Shown here piece by piece: positions 9,306 through 14,751 of a stretch of 14,751 nucleotides of DNA (positions are counted from its first letter, which is position 1; the number at the start of each line of letters is the position of its first letter). The stretch spans positions 1 through 14,751 of the forward strand of contig CAJINV010000044.1 in the NCBI GenBank assembly GCA_905178155.1. Reading direction: 5' to 3'. The position numbers and the translations under genes were made by a program. The notes under the pieces are model-generated. The model was not told the origin of the DNA and ran no database searches. It saw only the letters and a program-made list of their open reading frames with translations. Origin of the DNA: Amoebophrya sp. A120 (taxonomy: Eukaryota; Protista; Dinoflagellata).

Positions 9306-12300
9306 TCACGGCTGTTGTGTAGAAGTAGCCTGTTGCGTAGCCTGGGTGGACGCGCGTTGACCACGGGGTCTTCTCATGCCTGCGGCAACTGATCGCATCG
9401 TGTCTCTCATCGATCGCCCTGCCCTTCGTGCAGCGTTCCCAGCACTTGTGCGGCTGCGCCTTGCCGATTCTCCTGCGCTCCGCGCAATCCTCACGAAAAA
9501 AGCGCGCAGTTGCCGGAGGCTTTCCTGAAACTGTTCCGCGGCTGCGCTGCTAGCTCTCCCGAGGCGTTGTCTCGCGCTCGTCATGCCGGACCGAATAGCT
9601 GCACCAGTCGGTCTATTGATTGCAAATATGTCTGAGTCTGGAAGATTGCTGGTGCAAGTTGTCATGCTAAATATAGAATCATACAAAAAATCTGTGTTGC
9701 GTGAATACCAAAAGCTGCAGTCCACGTTCGACCAAAATGAGAGCGAGTTTCTCATGCAGGATTTCCATGACTGAGACCTCACAAAACCTGTCATGCTAGG
9801 TCCCGCACTCCAGACCTCCTGGGTACATGGAAAACCTGCATGACAAAGCTTGCATTCTTGCAACCCCAGACATATTTGCAATCCATACGGTCGCAGCAAG
9901 CGATCTCGCACCGGGCGTCCTATCCTGAGTAAAAACGTCCCCAACGTGTAGTCAAGATGGGGATCATAATTTTGCAACAACAACCTAGACGTCTTGGGGG
10001 TTACACATGACAGGTCGCAATCCGTGGTCGTGTAGTGCAGATTAGAGAGGACAGTCGCATCATAAATCCATTTTCTCATTCTGTTTACAGCATTACGAAT
10101 TCCAAAACATGACAGAGAATGGCTCTCATGATGGGGATAATGCGCATCACAAATGGTTTTGGAATTGCAAATCTGCATGACAACTACTGCGTGGGGACGT
10201 AGTTTTCACCCAGGATACGTCCGACAGCTGCGCCAGTCCTGTAAGCAAACCCGCCAACTGCTCTGGCTCCGCTCGCAATGCCTCTGCCCGCTGCTTTGGC
10301 TCCGATCGCAATAGCACCACTCGCTGCTCTGTATCAAGTGCAAAAGTGTCTGGCTCTGGAAACTTGTGATGCGGGTAGGACAATCATGAGGACGCCCCAA
10401 CTTGCAGCTCCGCATGACAAGTCTCTGGGTAGTACCTACGGTGTTGCGTATTCTGCATGACAGAGCGCGTTCCTGCATGACTGAAAAATAGGGCTTTTGG
10501 GTAATGTGCATGACAGACTTGGGAGTCATGCTAGCAGTGCATGACAAGTCTCAGAATCTTCCAGACCCAGACATTTTTGCAGTCCATACTCTGGCTCCGC
10601 GCGCAACAGCACCACGAACTCTTCTCAGTCCCCGCACTACCTATTGTGAGGAAAAATCCCCCCTCCCCATACCAGAACGGGATACTTCTCAAAATTTGTG
10701 ATGCTGATTTGAGGTCACAAATCGTCTCTGTATTGCAAGAAGAGAAATAAAAAAACCCCGCCGCGTTCTGCAGGCAATTTGTCATGCTGTCTGGCCTACA
10801 GAGAATGTCCCTACCTTGCTAGGCGCCTACGCCAAAACAGCCCTATTCCGGCTATGAATCTGTCTGCAGTCCTCTACCGCAAGAGAAGGCCGATTTGTGT
10901 ACACAAATCCCGCATCACAGATTTTCATTTCGATATGGGGTGGGGGGATTTTTCCTTTTGATACTACCGGGGGTCCAACCACGGCGCCGGCCGCGTAAAC
11001 ACCATCTCTAGCTGCGCGGTATGCATTGCAAATATGTCTGCGTCTGGAAGCTGTCATGCTGTTTTTGCACGACACAGAAGGTCTGGCATGGAAGCCCTGG
11101 CGTCACAGATTTCGAGAAGGTTTTGCAATGCCTAATCCGCATGACAAATCCCCAACTTTGGTGAAGACGAAAAGTGGGCAACACCTTTTGCTGTCTATGC
11201 ATGAGAGATTTCTGTGTGTTGTGAAATGCGCATCACAACTCCACATCCTTCGAGACCCAGACATTTTTGCAGTTGATACGCGGCCCGCCTGCGCAACGCC
11301 TCTGCCGACGTGCGCCAAACCTCTATCCCAGAGAAAAAACCTGGCAGGGCATATTTGTAATGCAAAAACAAATACACACTAAAACTTGTCATGGGTGGCC
11401 CCATAGCATGCTGTTTCGGATTTGCAATGCATATTTTTTTGTGTATTTATTTTTGCATGACAAATATGCCCTGCCAGCTTTTTTCTGTGTGATAACCTCT
11501 GCCTGCTGCTTTGGCTCCGGTCGCCACACCTCTGCCTGCTGCTCTGGCTCCGGTCGCAATAGCACCACCCGTCGCTTGCAGCGCTCTGCCCGTGCAGGCT
11601 GCCGCCCGACCGGCCGCATCGCAAACCATCGCCACCGGCGGACGGATCGCTGCGCGAAGGCGGGAGAGAAAAAGCCCGACCATTCGGCCAAACGCCACCA
11701 TCGCGGGCCACATGTAATCACGGCCGAGAGTCCCGATGGCGCTCCCGACAGTCGTGATGGCTCTCCCGACAGTCCTGAGCGCACAGAGCAATCCGGACCA
11801 CATGGCAGTTGCGGCGCTCGCCAACCTGCGCCACAGCCCTCTCGCGGCCGCTCCGCCCAACTCCCCGGCTCTTCGGGCGATGTTTCCGGCGATATTGAGG
11901 AAAGAGATCGCGGCCCGGGAGATCCCGTGTACGACGAATTCCACAACGGGGGCGCCGAACGCCACAGCGCGCCGAATGCCACTTTCCGCAAGACCGAAAA
12001 GAAAGCCGCCGGCTTGCCAAATAGCGTCTCCGAGTGCGATATGCAATGCAAATATGCCTGGGTCATCTGGACTTTTTGTTATGCGACATTTCAAGGGCAA
12101 CAAGATGGATCTGTAATGCATGAACAGAATTGGCCATTTTTTTTGTCGTGCTGAAAGCCAATTAGTCATGCGTTTCGCGAACGAATCTGCGATAAGCCTC
12201 GCAAAATTTCTATATGCTGTATATGCCGTACAACAAGTGGCCACTCTACTGCGCTGCGAGCCGTTCGGCAACACAGATTTATGATTCCAGACGCAGTAGA

Positions 12301-14751
12301 CATATTTGCAGTTTGATAAGCGACCATTCCCGTGCCCAATCGCCTGATGCCGCTTGCCACAAGTGTGCCGAGAGGAGAGAGCACGTATGTACGGGTGTAT
12401 TGTGAGGAAAAATCCCCCCTCCCCATATCGAAACGAAGTCTCTCACGCTGGATGTCCGTACACAAGTCAGAGCTGTCTTGCAGTAGAGGATTAGAGGCAT
12501 ATGCCGTGCCTGGGTACAGAGCTTCTGGCGTGGACGCTTAGCATCACAAACGTCTATGCTGTAGCCCAAGCAGCATCACAAACCGCGCGCATAATGCGGC
12601 GGAGACTGTAGAGCTGCCTTCTTGCAAGACAAATGGGTTTTTTTTGTGACCTCAAATCACCAACACAAATTTGCGGAGACATACCTTTTCAATATGGGGA
12701 GGGGGGATTTTTCGTTTCAATAAGGTCCACCTTGCCGCGCTCCACACCGCGTTCCCGACGTTTTGTGCAACCACTTGGACCGCCGCCAGTCCCCTCACCG
12801 CTGCCGCTGCAATACCGTTAAACACGATAACCGCTCCGCTGGCGAACAAGTTTCCTACCCTGGTGAGCACGTCCCACAGCACTGCTCCCATAGCGACAAG
12901 GCCGTGCAGAATCGGCCTGCCGAGGTTGTTGTACAGAGTATTGAGAGGAAAAATCCCCCCTCCCCATATCGAAAAGGCATGCTTCCGGAAATTTGTCTTG
13001 CTGATTTGAGACCACAAATCACGTCTGTCTTGCAAGAAGACAAATGCAGAGGCTTCCCTGCCATTATGGGAGCGGTTTGGCATGCTGTTCGGCCTAGAGG
13101 ACAGCCGTTTGAAATGCTAAGCAACTAGACCAAAATGTCCCTCCCTAGGCTGCGGATCTGGCTGCGATGCCGTATTGCAAGACAGCGCGTATTTGTGTAC
13201 GCAAATCTTGCATCACAGATTTCCCATTTGATATGGGGTGGGGGGATTTTTCCTTTTGATACAGAGCCTGCCCTACCCGCTGCGCCGCATTAGCGACAGA
13301 CACCAACACGGTGGCGATCCCGCTGCCGACCCATCCGGCCGCCCTTTATCAAGTGTAAAAATGTCTGGGTCTGGAAGATTGCCAGGTTTGTCATGCACAT
13401 TTTGCATGACTCCTGATGTCTGTGATGCATGCCCTAGCATCACAGATCTTGTGAGGGCTTCCAGATGCCTATACCGCATGACAAATGCTCTTTCCGTGTA
13501 GCAAAACTTGGACTCTCTTTGCTGCTAAAGCAATACAGATTTTTTCAGAATCCAAAATCAGCATGACAAGTTGGATTCTTCCAGACCCAGACATTTTTAC
13601 TTTTGATACCCTTCCGACGTTGACAAAACCCGTCCACACCGCCTGCGCCAACGTGGTGACCAAGCTGCTAAAGGCCAGCACAAAGTTGCTCCCGAACGCC
13701 AGCAGCTGCGGCGTGATCCGGCGGGCGACCCGCGCTGCCCCGCGCCACAGAAACACAATGGCCTCCGGGAGGCAAACCACCGCCAGGTGCGACAGGCCTT
13801 GAACGCTGATGCTGATCAGGTACACCACCGTAAACAGAACCGTGAAAGCCCCCCGCAAGGCTTTGGTAAAAAATCTTATCAACTGCAAAAAATGTCTGGG
13901 TCTGGAAGATTGCCATGTTTGTCATGCAGGTTTTCTGTGGCTCATAAGGTTTACAATGCAGCACCTAGCATGACAAAGTCTGTGAGGTCTCTATCATGGC
14001 TATCCTGCGTGAGAAATTCCCTCTCAACCTGGTAAAAAAGGACGGCTGTTGGTAATCACGCAATACAGATTTTTTGCATGATTCAGATTTAGCATGACAA
14101 GTTCCAATTCTTCCAGACCCAGACATATTTGCAATGCATACATCTTTGCACAAGACCACTCGGTCTCGGGGCGATAGGCTGGTGAACACCTTGTCGATCC
14201 TGCGGAAGAACCTCCCCTACGAGGGGCTGGGCGGCGGGGTTCATGCTAGTTGCTGGCTCTTGCAGTGCTTCTTCAACATCCCCTTGTTCATCATCATCGC
14301 CCCCCAGGCTAAGCCAAGGCCGGAATTGGCCACATTGCATCTGACGCTCGCGCTCGGGCTGGTCCTGGTCCTCCCCACGACCCTGGGGCAGACGGCGGTC
14401 GGGCTGGTGCTGGTCCTCCCCCTGGGGCAGATGACCTTCTTGCATGAAAGATACCCCGGCGGTGTCCATGCGGTCGACGTCCTCAGGATCGTTGGGAAGA
14501 TCAGCAGCTGTTGAACCGTTTTGCCCCTCGCCGCTGGCAACAACCTCCGCCGCTCGATGGTACGCGGCGTGTGCATCTGCCACGGCCCGACCAACAATCT
14601 CTTCCAGTGCAGCGGCGTCGACATCGACGGCGGGGGCGGCTGTCGTCCCGTTCAGCCGGGGGTTTTCTCGTTCCGGATGTTGAACAACGCTAGTACCAGC
14701 AGGTCCATCACCAGGTTGTAGAGCTTGGCTAACCGCCTGTTGACTAAGATC
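9306..14751 (-). CDS. Large hypothetical protein, 5'-truncated by the window (at least 785 aa), split into 12 exons by 11 TIR elements
   Basis: Segments including both TSD copies: 14751-14141, 13876-13609, 13346-13262, 12938-12723, 12397-12319, 12039-11495, 11323-11279, 11019-10964, 10641-10589, 10331-10218, 9920-9888, 9613-9306. Removing each element plus 5 nt (3088 nt in total) leaves 2358 nt = 786 codons with no internal stop, ending TGA at 9308-9306. Acidic Q/P-rich N-part, a hydrophobic segment, then A/G/R-rich 11-mer repeats. Confidence 0.9.
9614..9887. mobile_element. TIR element / putative intron, family A (274 bp)
   Basis: TATTGATTGCAAATATGTCTGAGTCTGGAAGA...CCCAGACATATTTGCAATCCATA; TSD CGGTC/CGGTC. 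Opposite orientation to the 13347 and 13877 copies. Confidence 0.93.
9921..10217. mobile_element. TIR element / putative intron, family E (297 bp)
   Basis: TATCCTGAGTAAAAACGTCCCCA...TGGGGACGTAGTTTTCACCCAGGATA; TSD CGTCC/CGTCC. Confidence 0.9.
10332..10588. mobile_element. TIR element / putative intron, family A (257 bp)
   Basis: TATCAAGTGCAAAAGTGTCTGGCTCTGGAA...TTCCAGACCCAGACATTTTTGCAGTCCATA; TSD CTCTG/CTCTG. Confidence 0.93.
10642..10963. mobile_element. TIR element / putative intron, family B (322 bp)
   Basis: TATTGTGAGGAAAAATCCCCCCTCCCCATA...TATGGGGTGGGGGGATTTTTCCTTTTGATA; TSD CTACC/CTACC. Confidence 0.93.
11020..11278. mobile_element. TIR element / putative intron, family A (259 bp)
   Basis: TATGCATTGCAAATATGTCTGCGTCTGGAAG...CTTCGAGACCCAGACATTTTTGCAGTTGATA; TSD CGCGG/CGCGG. 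Confidence 0.93.
11324..11494. mobile_element. TIR element / putative intron, family C (171 bp, mostly palindromic)
   Basis: TATCCCAGAGAAAAAACCTGGCAGGGCATATTTGTAATGCAAAAACAAATACACA and its near-perfect reverse complement at the right end; TSD ACCTC/ACCTC. Confidence 0.93.
11495..11570 (-). repeat. 33-bp coding tandem repeat (11-aa unit ARAAGRGVATG), with a related block at about 10258-10331
   Basis: ACCTCTGCCTGCTGCT(T/C)TGGCTCCGGTCGC occurs twice, 33 bp apart. CCTCTGCCCGCTGCTTTGGCTCCGATCGCAATAGCACCAC occurs near 10281. Confidence 0.8.
12040..12318. mobile_element. TIR element / putative intron, family A-like, diverged (279 bp)
   Basis: TATGCAATGCAAATATGCCTGGGTC...AGACATATTTGCAGTTTGATA; TSD TGCGA/AGCGA (4/5). 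Confidence 0.88.
12398..12722. mobile_element. TIR element / putative intron, family B (325 bp)
   Basis: TATTGTGAGGAAAAATCCCCCCTCCCCATATCGAAA...TTTCAATATGGGGAGGGGGGATTTTTCGTTTCAATA; TSD GGGTG/AGGTC (3/5). Internally the same orientation as 8148, opposite to 10642 and 12939. Confidence 0.92.
12939..13261. mobile_element. TIR element / putative intron, family B (323 bp)
   Basis: TATTGAGAGGAAAAATCCCCCCTCCCCATATC...GATATGGGGTGGGGGGATTTTTCCTTTTGATA; TSD CAGAG/CAGAG. Confidence 0.93.
13347..13608. mobile_element. TIR element / putative intron, family A (262 bp)
   Basis: TATCAAGTGTAAAAATGTCTGGGTCTGGAAGA...TCTTCCAGACCCAGACATTTTTACTTTTGATA; TSD CCCTT/CCCTT. Confidence 0.94.
13877..14140. mobile_element. 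TIR element / putative intron, family A (264 bp)
   Basis: TATCAACTGCAAAAAATGTCTGGGTCTGGAAGA...TCTTCCAGACCCAGACATATTTGCAATGCATA; TSD AATCT/CATCT (4/5). Confidence 0.93.

Noticed and set aside
9614-14140. TA-duplicating Tc1/mariner MITEs or Paramecium-type IESs excised leaving one TA
   Set aside because: Leaving one TA puts the junctions at 13877 and 13347 out of frame, and keeping both TAs creates TAA at 13347. The 5-bp repeat outside the TA explains all 11 junctions.
9614-14140. Bacterial shufflon / invertible cassette system
   Set aside because: No recombinase is present, the repeats pair as element ends each with its own TSD, and all coding segments already lie in order on one strand.
13344-14141. 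Ordinary GT-AG introns using GTATG/GTATC and the nearest AG
   Set aside because: The nearest GT-AG pairs at the 13877 and 13347 elements shift the reading frame, and several other elements have no AG at the boundary.
8052-14189. Short ORFs containing MSGSGR, WGGGIF or EKSPLPI motifs, and ORF 9306-10178 as a standalone gene
   Set aside because: These motifs are translations of element TIRs, and 9306-10178 simply reads through element sequence.

Overview
Eukaryote-like genomic DNA (probably a protist), with all credible genes on the minus strand. The main feature is a set of at least 16 non-coding elements of 171-325 bp, in about 7 sequence families. All have terminal inverted repeats reading TAT...ATA (one decayed end reads GTA), a flanking 5-bp direct repeat (target-site duplication, TSD) and internal GCATGACA/GCATCACA motifs. 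Eleven of them interrupt one gene (9306-14751, minus strand). Deleting each element plus one TSD copy restores a stop-free frame of 786 codons, open to the window edge, although most junctions cannot be read as GT-AG. They look like MITE-derived non-canonical introns ('introners') or DNA-excised elements. Also present: a second gene with decayed elements (about 1146-2487), a ~98-bp hairpin-rich tandem array (1-616), a 179-bp satellite (2685-3846), and two tandem paralogous genes for tail-anchored proteins (4528-5334; 6493-7352, frameshifted near its start). No transposase or recognisable named gene was found. All coordinates and frames were worked out by hand.
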